Shown here: positions 18,488-28,800 of the stretch, in pieces
How positions within the stretch are numbered: the first letter of the stretch is position 1
How the letters are laid out: every line of letters begins with the position of its first letter
Origin: Myxococcota bacterium
Lineage (GTDB): Bacteria; Myxococcota_C; UBA6777
Assembly: GCA_023150835.1 (NCBI GenBank)
Contig: JAKLKB010000021.1
Span: 63-64,062, forward strand
Direction of reading: 5' to 3'
DNA length: 64,000 nucleotides
The notes under the pieces: model-generated
Told to the model about the DNA's origin: nothing
Databases searched by the model: none
What the model saw: the letters and a program-made list of their open reading frames with translations, nothing else
Position numbers and translations under genes: made by a program

Positions 18488-21400
18488 TTAAAAGGGACTC
18501 CCGAAGACAAAGTAGAGTTGATCGGTGCCTTGGTGGAGTAGCCCTTTGGCGAATCCAGCGCGGATATCGATCAGGCCGCCATAGCCGAGATAAAGTTCGG
18601 CTCGGAGTTCGATCCCGATGCCCCATTTGAGATCGGTCAGGCGGGGTGAAAAGTCTTCAAAGATGATCCCGTTGTCCGAAAAAAAGGCGGCAGTCAGGCG
18701 GCGAAAAAACAACGGTGCGGTCTCAATGCCGCGTTCGATCTCGACGATGGGAAGACGGTATTCGAGTTTTACTAAGCCATACGTGTTGCCAGAAAAGCGG
18801 AAGGGATCGTAGCCTCGGAGGTATCGGTTGCCTGAGCGCGAACCGTTGAGAGCGGCCTGAAGGAGATCTTGGGCAGGGATGCCGCCCAAAAAAAACAAAG
18901 GTCGTGGGCGAAAGTTGGTGCGCCCGATCCCGCCTTCGAGATGGAGAGCAAAGACGTGTTGGAGCCAAGGCAAGGGGACGTACTCACTCCACGAGGCGAG
19001 GACTTGCCAAGAAGTGGCGAGGCTGGCGAGAGCAGGGTGTTGGAGCTGGAGACTGAGGCGGATCGTGCGCCCGATCTCGGTGGAGATGGAACGCCCGAAA
19101 CGACGGGCGTTGCTGTAGAGGTAATCGAAAGAGAGCGTTGCGAGAGGCCCAAATCGCGGATAGATCGGTGGGATATCTGCGGGATGAAGGGGATAATTGG
19201 AAGACAAGGGCAAAAGGATATCCAGATCGTAGCGCAGCGAAAACAGGTGTGTGTCGTAGATCAAGCGGAGGGGGAGGTCGACGCTGAGGCTGTTGTAGAT
19301 CACGCGCTCTGCAAAGGGGGTTTCGCGGCCATCCAGAAAAAGACCGAATCGACCGATGCGTTGATACATACCTTGGCGAAGATGAATGCCGATCAAATAA
19401 CGTTCAAAGTCGTAAGCAAGACTATAAGAAAAGTCGGGTCCATCGGTGTTGAGGCTGAACGCGATATCGTAGCGATGCCAACGCAAGACATCTTCGCCTG
19501 AAAAGCGCAAACCAACACGGACCCCGCTGAGATCGCCGCTGACCAAGGGAAGCCACGTAAGCGGCGCAAGGGTGTGAAGCGGATCGTAGTGTTGGATCGG
19601 ATAGATCTGTGTGGGCGTCTGGTAAGTGAGCGTGGGCCAGCGTTTGTGTGCGGAGGGCGCAGGCATGAGGTAGGTGGCTGGTGGTGTCGGTGGGATGGGC
19701 GTGGGGGTGGGCTGTTTGGTTGAGGGGGCGAGGTGGGAGGCTGGTGGTGTCGGTGGGATGGGCGTGGAGGCTGGTTTGGTCGATGAGATGAGCGTGGAGG
19801 CTGGTGGTGTCGGTGGGATGGGCGTGATGGTGGGTTGTTGGGTTGAGGGCATGGGGTAGGTGGGTTGTTGGGTCGAGGGCATGGGCATTTCAAAGAGATT
19901 GAAGCCTTGGTGTTGGTAGCGCAGAAAGAGCAAGGATTTGCCGTCGGGGGAGATCTCGGGGCTGAAAGCCCCCGTGTATTCGTGGGTAAGGCGACGGCGG
20001 ATGCGTTGAGGCCATGAGAGGCTGTAGAGGTTGAAAACACCGTCGAGATCGGAGCTAAAGAGGATCTCTTTTCCGTTGGGGTGAAAGCAAGGCTCGATAT
20101 CTTGGGCGCGATCTTGGGTGAGTGGTGTGATCTGCTGGGTGTATCGATCCAACAGCCAGATATCGCGGGCTCCGCCGAGTTGCCAAGCGCTCATTACGAT
20201 CTGGCGCTCGTCTGGGCTGATACGTGGTGAGGAAAGGACGGTGTGACGGGGGGGGCGGTAGAGCAGTTGTCGTTTTCCTGAGGCGAGATCGTAGCGCCAA
20301 AGACTGGTTTGATCGGCTTCGTACTTGACATAAACGGCCCATCGGCCCGATGGGGCAAGGTCGATCTCGCGTGCGCGTTCGCCCCACGTCAAGCGTTGAA
20401 GTGTTTTGTTTTGAAGAGAAAACCGAAACAGATCGTAGTAAAAGTACACGCTGTTTTTGGCTTCGGGTTGGCTGATTAAGGCCCATTGACCGCTTGAATG
20501 GACCCCCAAAGAGGCGCGCTCGGTGAGGATGCGTAGGTTGTGTTGTTTTCGGGTGAAACGGTCGATCTGGACAAGCCGTTGATCAAGACGCCCGTCACTT
20601 CGATAAAACAAGACGCTGCGTCCGTCGGGCAAAAAGCGCGGTCGTCCGATCCATTCGCCTTTTTGGGTGAGTGGGCGGGCAGGAGTCATGGGGTACTGGC
20701 GGCGTTGTTGTACAAAGGCCCGAAGGTTGGCGTGTTCGTGTGCAAGCCACTCTTTCCAGAGTTGGGCATACGTTTTTTTGAGGATCGGATGGAGGGTGAA
20801 GTTGATCGCAAAAGGGATGAGAGTCGCGCCATAAGCGTGGCTAAAGCGCATCAATGCGTCTTTTCCGTAGCGTTGGGCGATATAGTGCAAGAAGCGGCTG
20901 CCGTAAAGATAAGGAGCGATACCACGCGGCCATTCGGTGGTGATGTGTGTCACTTGATCAAGGCGGAGCGTGCTTTGTTGTAAGAGTGAAGCGCGGAAAA
21001 ACATCTCGAAAAAGGAAGAGCGATTGCGGCCTCCGCCCGTAAATTCGGACTCTACGAAGACTGCCCATCCTTCGATCCACCACAGCGGGAGCAAGTAGTT
21101 GGGGGCAAAGCTTTTGCCGAGGATGGCGTTGATGATCGGCCAGACGCCCGACATGGTGTCGAGATGAAGGATATGGAGGTATTCGTGGTAGATCAGAGCG
21201 CGCAACCAATCGTCGCTGTCATTGAGTTGATCGCGTGCATCGGGGGGAGCGGTGTAGAGGTAGATCATATTGCGCGGAAGGACGGTGGCTGCGCCGTTTG
21301 CGCTGTGGGTGTTGTTGAGGATAAAGACGTGGGTGCGGCCTTTGGGGGCGTGTCGAGTGTAGGGGACGAGTGTTTTGTGCGCTTCTTCGGCGATGCGTGC

Positions 21401-21622
21401 GCTGCGAAGGGCAAATCGATAGAGCTTTTGATGGAAGTAGACGCGAAAGTGCGGAGTGATCAGGACTTTCCATTGCAGCTTGCCATCGCGGATCAACGAA
21501 TGTGCCTCAGCGGGGCAGAAAAGCAAGAAAAGACCGAGCATGACGCCGCCGAAACATCGGATTGAGCGTTTGGAACGCGCTAATGTTAGCAACTGCGTCA
21601 CTCCTCTTTGAGAAGGATGCAA
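18488..21622 (-). CDS. Outer-membrane protein: HExxH zinc-peptidase-like domain + PD40/TolB-like beta-propeller repeats + Pro/Thr linker + C-terminal beta-barrel
   Basis: The signal peptide is VMLGLFLLFCPAEAHS. The peptidase-like motif is HEYLHILH, with a downstream EGWAVFVESE. At least five PD40-like repeats are present (PDGRSVLF, SPDERQIVM, HPNGKEILFSSD, SPDGKSLLF). The last ~400 aa alternate in beta-strand fashion and end in YFVFGSPF, a terminal-Phe signature typical of outer membrane proteins. Confidence 0.8.
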   Translation of the reverse strand: MHPSQRGVTQLLTLARSKRSIRCFGGVMLGLFLLFCPAEAHSLIRDGKLQWKVLITPHFRVYFHQKLYRFALRSARIAEEAHKTLVPYTRHAPKGRTHVFILNNTHSANGAATVLPRNMIYLYTAPPDARDQLNDSDDWLRALIYHEYLHILHLDTMSGVWPIINAILGKSFAPNYLLPLWWIEGWAVFVESEFTGGGRNRSSFFEMFFRASLLQQSTLRLDQVTHITTEWPRGIAPYLYGSRFLHYIAQRYGKDALMRFSHAYGATLIPFAINFTLHPILKKTYAQLWKEWLAHEHANLRAFVQQRRQYPMTPARPLTQKGEWIGRPRFLPDGRSVLFYRSDGRLDQRLVQIDRFTRKQHNLRILTERASLGVHSSGQWALISQPEAKNSVYFYYDLFRFSLQNKTLQRLTWGERAREIDLAPSGRWAVYVKYEADQTSLWRYDLASGKRQLLYRPPRHTVLSSPRISPDERQIVMSAWQLGGARDIWLLDRYTQQITPLTQDRAQDIEPCFHPNGKEILFSSDLDGVFNLYSLSWPQRIRRRLTHEYTGAFSPEISPDGKSLLFLRYQHQGFNLFEMPMPSTQQPTYPMPSTQQPTITPIPPTPPASTLISSTKPASTPIPPTPPASHLAPSTKQPTPTPIPPTPPATYLMPAPSAHKRWPTLTYQTPTQIYPIQHYDPLHTLAPLTWLPLVSGDLSGVRVGLRFSGEDVLRWHRYDIAFSLNTDGPDFSYSLAYDFERYLIGIHLRQGMYQRIGRFGLFLDGRETPFAERVIYNSLSVDLPLRLIYDTHLFSLRYDLDILLPLSSNYPLHPADIPPIYPRFGPLATLSFDYLYSNARRFGRSISTEIGRTIRLSLQLQHPALASLATSWQVLASWSEYVPLPWLQHVFALHLEGGIGRTNFRPRPLFFLGGIPAQDLLQAALNGSRSGNRYLRGYDPFRFSGNTYGLVKLEYRLPIVEIERGIETAPLFFRRLTAAFFSDNGIIFEDFSPRLTDLKWGIGIELRAELYLGYGGLIDIRAGFAKGLLHQGTDQLYFVFGSPF
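19674..19875 (-). repeat. Coding tandem repeats (Pro/Thr-rich linker)
   Basis: ggctggtggtgtcggtgggatgggcgtg recurs three times at about 61 bp spacing. A ~24 bp unit (gggttgttgggtYgagggcatggg) occurs twice. Together they encode the IPPTPPA(S/T) and MPSTQQPT repeats. Confidence 0.85.
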
Positions 21623-21637
21623 GCCGAGAGAACGGAC

Positions 21638-21683
21638 GGTTTTGGCCGAGGAGGACGGGCGGTTTTGGCCGAGGAGGACGGGC
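21638..21683. repeat. 2 x 23 bp perfect tandem duplication in a divergent intergenic region
   Basis: ggttttggccgaggaggacgggc occurs at 21638-21660 and again at 21661-21683. Confidence 0.9.
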
Positions 21684-22007
21684 GCCTCGTTGCGGTGCTG
21701 CGGTGCATGACCTCACCTTTTGGCTCATGGGGCGGACTGTTTTGGGTGGCATACTTGGGGGCAGGCACGCGATCGAGCGGGGACTCTAACACGGGTTCTT
21801 TTGTCTGGAAAGTACCCTTGGATGCGCGAGTTCCGCTTGGGTTCTTTTGAAGTGATGCTGATCTTCTCGTACTTTTTACGAGCGTTCGTGATCGGGGATT
21901 GATTCTCGATTCTTGCCTAGTGTATCAAGTAAGCGCGCAGCGAAAACGTTTTCCACAACGGAACACGTCAAACCACTTCAAATTTTTTCTTTCGGGAGGC
22001 TCGTCGT

Positions 22008-23594
22008 TTGGCTAAAAAACAAGACAAAAAAAAACCAGAAGCTCCTGCTCCCGTTGTTGTGCTTCGACGGCGTGGCACAAACACACAGCGAGTCGAAGGA
22101 GATCAGGTGCAGGAGGTTGCTTCGCCCGCCAAAAGCTCGACACAAGCGGTTTCTCCTGCCAGCCATATCCTTCCTTCAACCAATGAATCCTTCATCACCA
22201 AAACAACAGACACCAAAACAACAGACACCAAAACAACAAAAGATGAACCCCAAGACGCGGGTGATCTGAGTGTTATGGATGCGCCTGCATCCTCATCCAA
22301 CACGGCCACAGAACCTCGATCCAGCAACGACACACAGCGCCCCGAAAAGAGAGAACAGAAAAAGGTCGAGGAAGGGAACGGACGTTCTGAGCGGCAGATT
22401 CGTTTGACACGGATCGATCGCGGTGCTTTCCATAAAACACGGCGCAACGGCTGGATCAAAGGACGTTTGTTGCCTGAAGCGAAGGGCGTTCCGTCGCGGA
22501 TATCTCCTGATGTCAGGTTGGCGCGGTTTGGAGAGATCGTGCGAGGTGTCGGCTATTTGGTAGGGATTGCAGAGCAAAGTCCGGACGGAAGGGGATCTGT
22601 TCTCGTTCTGGACGAAAAGACAAAAGTTCGGATGGCTCTTGGTAAGAGACAAAAGGTGCTCGTGAGCAGAGCCGAGGGAAAACCCATTATCGTGATATAT
22701 TATCCGACGTTTCCGTATTTTCCCAAGTCGCTTTACGAATTGCCCCGCGTCGTGCTGGCCTTGAAAGTCGATATCGAACTCACCCCAGAGGCGTCATCGG
22801 CAAAGAAAAACTGGGTTGAATTGTGTGGGTGTTTGGCCAAGGTGTGGGAAGACGGGGTTGTGGTTGTAAACTATGTACTGGGCAGCGGCCAATTTGCCTA
22901 TACTCCTGTGCGCTGCACGCCATTGGAGGGATGGACGCAAGATACTTTTGTGCTGATTCGAGGATATTTTGATCTGGAAAAGGGCGGCGTTGTGATGACA
23001 GAGGGCGAGACATTGTCTTTTGTTTCCGACGAAGAACTTGCAGAACATCTGCCGCCCGAAGTGTGGCAAGTGCCGCCGCTGTTTCCGCCTGAACAGATCG
23101 AGCTAGAACGTCAAATGGCCCGAAAAGCAAAGCTTTATGAATCCAAAGCTCAGCTTTATATGCCAAACCAGAACAAGGCGAGGGAGAAAGGGATTCCTCA
23201 ACAGCCGGTGGCTCATGCAGAAAAAAGCGCAAGTGCAGCGGTGAATTCTTTTTCCCCACCCAGCGCAGAAGAAGTACGGAGGATCGCAGTGCAAGGTAAG
23301 ATGGAGATCAACATCAAGGTCAACGAGTTGCCCAAGGCGATTGATGCAGAAAATGGGCATAAGCGGATGTTTCTTTTGTGCGACGGAGCCGAAGTTTCGG
23401 TGACGCTTCGACCCAAGTTATACAATAAATTTGTCAAGGATACGCAGGCTTATCCATTGTGGGTTGCGAATTTTCGCGGAACGCTGGGGCCCAGAACAGA
23501 GCGAGGGTTTGTGTTGAATAATCCGGGTGTGACAGTGTTCGAGAAAAAGCCAAAGGAACCCAAAACCTCAGGAGATGAGGAGTCGAAGGATTGA
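22008..23594 (+). CDS. Hypothetical protein with a basic, low-complexity N-terminus
   Basis: 528 aa. The TTG start at 22008 is preceded by GGGAGG at a spacing of 8 nt. The N-terminus is Lys-rich and carries a TKTTD x3 repeat (15 bp unit near 22198-22245). I recognised no family. It overlaps the next gene by 4 nt. Confidence 0.6.
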   Translation: MAKKQDKKKPEAPAPVVVLRRRGTNTQRVEGDQVQEVASPAKSSTQAVSPASHILPSTNESFITKTTDTKTTDTKTTKDEPQDAGDLSVMDAPASSSNTATEPRSSNDTQRPEKREQKKVEEGNGRSERQIRLTRIDRGAFHKTRRNGWIKGRLLPEAKGVPSRISPDVRLARFGEIVRGVGYLVGIAEQSPDGRGSVLVLDEKTKVRMALGKRQKVLVSRAEGKPIIVIYYPTFPYFPKSLYELPRVVLALKVDIELTPEASSAKKNWVELCGCLAKVWEDGVVVVNYVLGSGQFAYTPVRCTPLEGWTQDTFVLIRGYFDLEKGGVVMTEGETLSFVSDEELAEHLPPEVWQVPPLFPPEQIELERQMARKAKLYESKAQLYMPNQNKAREKGIPQQPVAHAEKSASAAVNSFSPPSAEEVRRIAVQGKMEINIKVNELPKAIDAENGHKRMFLLCDGAEVSVTLRPKLYNKFVKDTQAYPLWVANFRGTLGPRTERGFVLNNPGVTVFEKKPKEPKTSGDEESKD

Positions 23595-24808
23595 CAAAGA
23601 TGCAAGCATCGCATGGATGGTGGTGGATGGTATGGGTTTGTTTCGCTGTGGTGGCGTGGGGTTGCGGCGTTTCGTACGCGCCTGAGAAAGAAGCCGCGAG
23701 CCTCGGATTGGCCCCAACACCCGACAAGATGGGCCCATTTACGGTGGGTGTGCGCACGATCAAGATCGTGGATAGCGGTCGCAAACGTGCGGCATATCCC
23801 GATGGGCGGCCCTTGGTGATCGAGATCTGGTACCCTGCGGTGCCTCCCAAAGAAGGGGCTGTGAAGGACAAATACGATCCCAAAACAGATGCTCCCAAAA
23901 CGACGGTGGATCGGCTGATTGCGGAAGGGATCAATATCCCGCTTCTTGCGCAAGAAGCGTATCGCGATGCGGAAGTGTACAAAAAAGGCGGGCCGTACCC
24001 GCTGATCTTGTTTTCGCATGGAAGCGGCGGAGTACGTTATCAGTCGGTGTTTCAATGTCCGCACCTCGCGAGTCATGGTTACGTGGTTGTGGCGGTCGAT
24101 CACATCGACAACACGCTTTACGATATCCTTGCGGGGAAAGATGCCCGTGATTCGGGGATCTTGATCCAGTCCGCAGAAGATCGCCCGCTTGATCAAGTCA
24201 AAGTGTGGGAAGAGATGAAGCGCCGAAATGCCGACAGCAGCGACCCCTTGCATCAGATGATCGAGATCGAAAATGTGGGGATTACCGGCCACTCTTTTGG
24301 TGGGTTTACATCGGCGTTGACACCGCGTTATTTGCCTGCGCTCAAAGTGAGCATCCCGCAAGCGCCCTTTACATCGGGTTTAACGGGAGGCGTTGTGTTG
24401 CCCGAGCATCTCGCGAAGTTGCCGATCATGGTGCTTGCAAGCAAAGCCGATCAGACGTTGGATTACGCAAAAGAACAGCGCGGATTTTACGAGCGGATGT
24501 TGGAGCCCTCCTTCTTTCAGGCGGCCCGTTATCTGGTGACGTTAGAGCGTGGGGGCCATTTTACGTTCAGCAATATGTGTGATCTCGACCTTGCGAAAAA
24601 TGCCACCAAGCTCGGCTTCAAAAAACCAGAAGACTTGATCAACGACGGATGCTCCGAGCTGAACGTCAAGCCTCTCGAAGGCCACCGTTTGACCAATTAT
24701 TACTCGACGGCTCTTTTTAACGCGATCTTGCGCAAAAGCTCGAAGAGTCTGGACTTTTTAACACAGATCGCAAGCACCGAAGTCCAATTCGAGAGCAAAG
24801 CCCCCTGA
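23591..24808 (+). CDS. Secreted/lipoprotein alpha/beta hydrolase, PAF-acetylhydrolase/lipase-like
   Basis: LILFSHGSGGVRYQS and the nucleophile elbow ITGHSFGG are the hallmark pair of the PAF-acetylhydrolase-like lipase family. The signal/lipobox is VVAWGCGV. The real start may be ATG 23600. Confidence 0.8.
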   Translation: MTKMQASHGWWWMVWVCFAVVAWGCGVSYAPEKEAASLGLAPTPDKMGPFTVGVRTIKIVDSGRKRAAYPDGRPLVIEIWYPAVPPKEGAVKDKYDPKTDAPKTTVDRLIAEGINIPLLAQEAYRDAEVYKKGGPYPLILFSHGSGGVRYQSVFQCPHLASHGYVVVAVDHIDNTLYDILAGKDARDSGILIQSAEDRPLDQVKVWEEMKRRNADSSDPLHQMIEIENVGITGHSFGGFTSALTPRYLPALKVSIPQAPFTSGLTGGVVLPEHLAKLPIMVLASKADQTLDYAKEQRGFYERMLEPSFFQAARYLVTLERGGHFTFSNMCDLDLAKNATKLGFKKPEDLINDGCSELNVKPLEGHRLTNYYSTALFNAILRKSSKSLDFLTQIASTEVQFESKAP

Positions 24809-24844
24809 CGAAGCCTTTTCCCAAATCGTGGCAGCGAGGAAACC

Positions 24845-25582
24845 ATGCCGAGCAAGAATTCTTTTTGGCGTTTTTGGATGTTGAGTTGTTTTTTGTGGAG
24901 CGTGGTTGGGCAGTGGGGATGCGTTTCGGGGGCTCCGATGCGAGGGCCGCGCATCGCACCGAAAGGCCAAGTTCGATTGAATCTGACGCCCAACGCGCTT
25001 TCTGTGGTGGTGCCTGTGGCCACATCGTCGAGTTCGACTACGCCGCAGCAAACTCCGTCGGTGGTACTTCCTGCTGTGGATATCGCCCTTGCTTACGGCA
25101 TCAATGAGATCGTGGACCTCCAATTTCATGTGAATACCTTTGGCTATTTGACGGCGGGGACGGGCTTTCAGTTGGTGCGCAGCAAGTTCTTTGATCTCTC
25201 GATCTCATTGGATGTGGGCGGTGTGTTCTTCGGCGTGGCAGGAGTAAATTTTGGATACCTCACGTTTCCCTTGAATGTTTGGGCGGGATTGAACTTGCAC
25301 AAGCATTTTGGCATCAACTTGTCGGCGGGTTATCAAGGGTATTTCTTTTTTGCAGGCGTGAGCAATCTGGCGAGTGCATCGGTGTTTGCGCACACATTTA
25401 TCAGCTCTTTGGCGTTTGATATCCGTGTCAACGATTTTTTCACTTTGCGGCCCCAAGGTTCGGTGACGGTGCCGTTTATCGGGGGGGGATATGTGAGCGG
25501 ATTGCTTTGGACGGCGGGATTGGGGCTGATCTTCACGTTCGGCGGGCCACCAAAGCAAGCAACGGAGGCTCCGAGAGGATAA
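24845..25582 (+). CDS. Hypothetical lipoprotein, possibly a small beta-barrel
   Basis: The signal peptide has the lipobox-like sequence VVGQWGCVSG. The C-terminal 170 aa are rich in alternating aromatic/Gly strands (FGYLTAGTGFQLV, VGGVFFGVAGVNFGYL, AGYQGYFFFAGV). Confidence 0.6.
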   Translation: MPSKNSFWRFWMLSCFLWSVVGQWGCVSGAPMRGPRIAPKGQVRLNLTPNALSVVVPVATSSSSTTPQQTPSVVLPAVDIALAYGINEIVDLQFHVNTFGYLTAGTGFQLVRSKFFDLSISLDVGGVFFGVAGVNFGYLTFPLNVWAGLNLHKHFGINLSAGYQGYFFFAGVSNLASASVFAHTFISSLAFDIRVNDFFTLRPQGSVTVPFIGGGYVSGLLWTAGLGLIFTFGGPPKQATEAPRG

Positions 25583-25730
25583 GACGAGATCCGCCCACGC
25601 TGCGAGCAAGAAACGTAGGGGCAGCCCGCTGTGGTTAACACTCAGACACTTCGTCTATCTTCTTAGAACCACCGCACGTTTGTCATCAAGCAGGAGAACA
25701 AAACGCGCACGTTGCAGAAGATCCGCGCTC

Positions 25731-25846
25731 GCTCAACCCCTCACCCCCCCTCTCCCCGATTGTGAGGGGGGGAGTCTATGAGCGAGAAGGTCTTTTTGTT
25801 GGCGCTCAACCCCTCACCCCCCCTCTCCCCGATTGTGAGAGGGGGT
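25731..25846. repeat. Two copies of a ~42 bp palindromic repeat (family 3), 73 bp apart
   Basis: gctcaacccctcaccccccctctccccgattgtgag occurs at 25731 and 25804. Each copy contains the inverted arms CCCCTCAC...GTGAGGGG. Copy 2 supplies the last codons and the stop codon of the RND gene. Confidence 0.9.
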
Positions 25847-28800
25847 GTTGGGAGCGGCGGGGTGAGGGGGCGTAGAGAGTGCCTTTTCTTCGGCCATTTG
25901 CTGTTGTTTGCGGATGTAGCTGGGTTCGAGCGACTCGGGAGCGGCCCAGACACCGTGGCGCAACCAATAGAAGAAGCGGCGTCCGTCATTGATGGCGAGG
26001 TAGAGGCCGGGGACAAGGACAAGGGTGATAAAGGTGGCGAAGCCGACGCCAAAAGCCAGAGAGATGGCCATCGGGATCAAAAACTGAGCTTGGAGGCTGC
26101 GTTCAAAGAGCAAGGGGGCGAGTCCTGCGACGGTGGTGAGAGTGGTCGAGAGGATGGGGCGAAGACGGCTCTGGCCGCCCTGCCACGAGGCTTCGAGAGG
26201 TGACATCCCGTTTTCGATGTTGCGATTGATCACGTCCATAAAGACGAGAGAGTCGTTGACGACAACGCCCGCCAGTCCGACGATTCCGAACATACTCAGG
26301 ATGGTGAGGGGAACGCCCATGACCATGTGACCAAAGACGGCCCCGATCAAGCCAAAGGGGATCATGGCCATGACAACGAGCGTTTGGGCGTAGGACTGAA
26401 AGACCATCATCAGGATGATAAAGATACCAAAGAGGGCGAGAGGAAAGGCGATGCGCAAACCGCCGAAGGCTTCGGCTTGTTCGCGACCTTGCCCACCAAA
26501 GTCGACTTTGGCGGCAGGAGCGAGCTTTCGGAGATCGGGGATGTCGCGATTGAGCAGTCCGAGGACGATATCTTGGCGGTTGCCTTTGTCTTCGTCGAGT
26601 TCGGCAGTGATGGTAGAGATGCGTTTGCGGTCGATGCGGCGGATGATCTGTAGATCGTTTGTGGTGCTCCATGCGGCGAGACGCTCAAGCGGGATTTTTT
26701 GGCTGTCGGGCATATCGATCCAGATGTCGCGCAGATTTTGGATACTGCTGCGGCTTTGATCGGGGTAGCGCACAAACACACGGACTTCGTCGCGCCCGCG
26801 TTGGACGCGCATGACTTCTTGTCCGTAGACGCGGTTGCGGATTTGGAGGGCGACTTGTTGGAGGGTGAGTCCGAGACTTTGGGCGAGAGGGGTGAGTTGG
26901 AGGCGAAGTTCGCGCTTGCCGGGAGTGAGGTCATCTTCGATATCGTCGATCCCTGCGTAAGTTGCGAGGCGTTTTTTGATGAAGTCGGTGGCGATGCGGA
27001 GTTGTTCGTAGTCGATAGAAGAGATATTGATCTCGATCGGGCGTCCGACAGGGCCGAGTGCTGCGGCGGCAAAGGCAAGGCTGGTGGTGCCTTGGATCTC
27101 CCCGGCTTCTTTTCGCCAGAGGTTGGCGACGGTGAAACTGGGGATGGGTCGGCGTTCGCCAGCAAGAAGTTCGATGGTGATCTCGCCGACTTCTTCACCT
27201 GTTGGAGGGGAAAAGCCTTGAGCTTGTGCGGTATTTCGTCCCATCCATTTGGAGGTATGGAGGATCAGATCGGTTTTGTACTTTTTCTTGAGTTGTTCGT
27301 TGAGTCGAATCGCGGCTTGTTCGATGTGATCGGCGACTTCGCGTGTGCGTTTGAGAGGAGTTCCCGGGGTCATGATGAAGCGGGCAACGAGACGGTCCGA
27401 ATCGATGCGTGGGAAGAAGACGAATTTGACGAAGCCACCGCCCATCAGACCAAAGGTCACAAACAACAAAGCGATGGAAAAAGCCACAACGGCCCAACGA
27501 TGGACGAGAGCGAAGCGCAGAGGGACGGCGTAGAGTTTGGTGTTGACCCAATTGAAGCCGTTGTCGAGTGCTTCGCGGATACGGTTATTTTGGTGCTTGA
27601 CGCTGTTGATCGGCTTGAGTGCGTGGGCAAGGTGGGGAGGAAGGACGAAGATCGATTCAACGAGGCTGATAAAGAGGGTGATGATGACGACGGCAGGGAT
27701 CATGTAGATGAACTTGCCCGTGAGGCCGCCGACGATGAACAGAGGGGCAAAGGCCACCATGGTGGTGGTGACGGCAGCAAGGACCGCAGGAACGACTTCG
27801 ACGGTGCCGTCGATGGCGGCTTGGACGGGGGATTTGCCTTGTTCGAGATGGGCATAGATGTTTTCGGAGATCACGATGGCGTCGTCGACAAGGATGCCGA
27901 TGACAAGGATCAGACCAAAGAGGCTGATGGCGTTGATGGTGAGGCCGCTAAAGAGCATGACGATCATACTGCCGAGCATGGCGACAGGGAGTCCAGCGGC
28001 GACCCAAAAGGCAAGGCGGAGGTTCATCAGAAGCGAGAGTGTGAGGAGAACAAGGATCAGACCTTGGATGCCGTTTTCGATCAGAAGTTTGAGACGGTCA
28101 CGCAAGATGATGGTGGTGTCGTTGACAAGGGCGAGTTGGACACCGGGCGGGAGGATTTTTTTGGATTCTTCGATATAGGCTTTTCCGACGGCAGCGATCA
28201 CAAGGGAGTCTTCGCCTGTGATGCGTTCGACGTTGACCAATACGGCGCGTTTTCCGCGAAAAGAGTAAGATTGTGGGTTGTCTTCAAAGGTTTCACGGGC
28301 TTGGGCAACATCACGCACGAGGATCGGTGTGGTTCCGGGTCGGGTGCGGACAACGATATCTTCGAGTTCTTTGGCGAGATAGCGTTTTCCATAAGCGCGC
28401 AGGATCAGGTCTTCGTTGCGGGTGCGCAGCGTTCCGCCAGAGATATCGAGGTTGGAACTTGAGATGGAGCGGGCTACATCGGCGATTTGGAGACCAAATT
28501 GGCGGAGGTTCGTTTCGTTGACTTCGATCGAGATCTCGCGCAGTTTTTCGCCAAGCAGCGAAACTTGTGTGATGGATTTTTTGTCAAGGAGATCATCTTT
28601 GACACGTTGAGCGAGGGTTTGGAGGGCAGCCCGAGAGACATCGCCATAGAGGGCGAGTTGGAGGACGGGGATGCGGCGCAAGATCTCGAAGACAACGGGG
28701 CGTTCAGCATCGGCAGGAAAGGAACTGATCTGCTCGACTTGGTCCTTGACATCGCGCAAGACCCGTTCGGTTTTGGTGCCTTTGGCGACTTCGATGTTGA

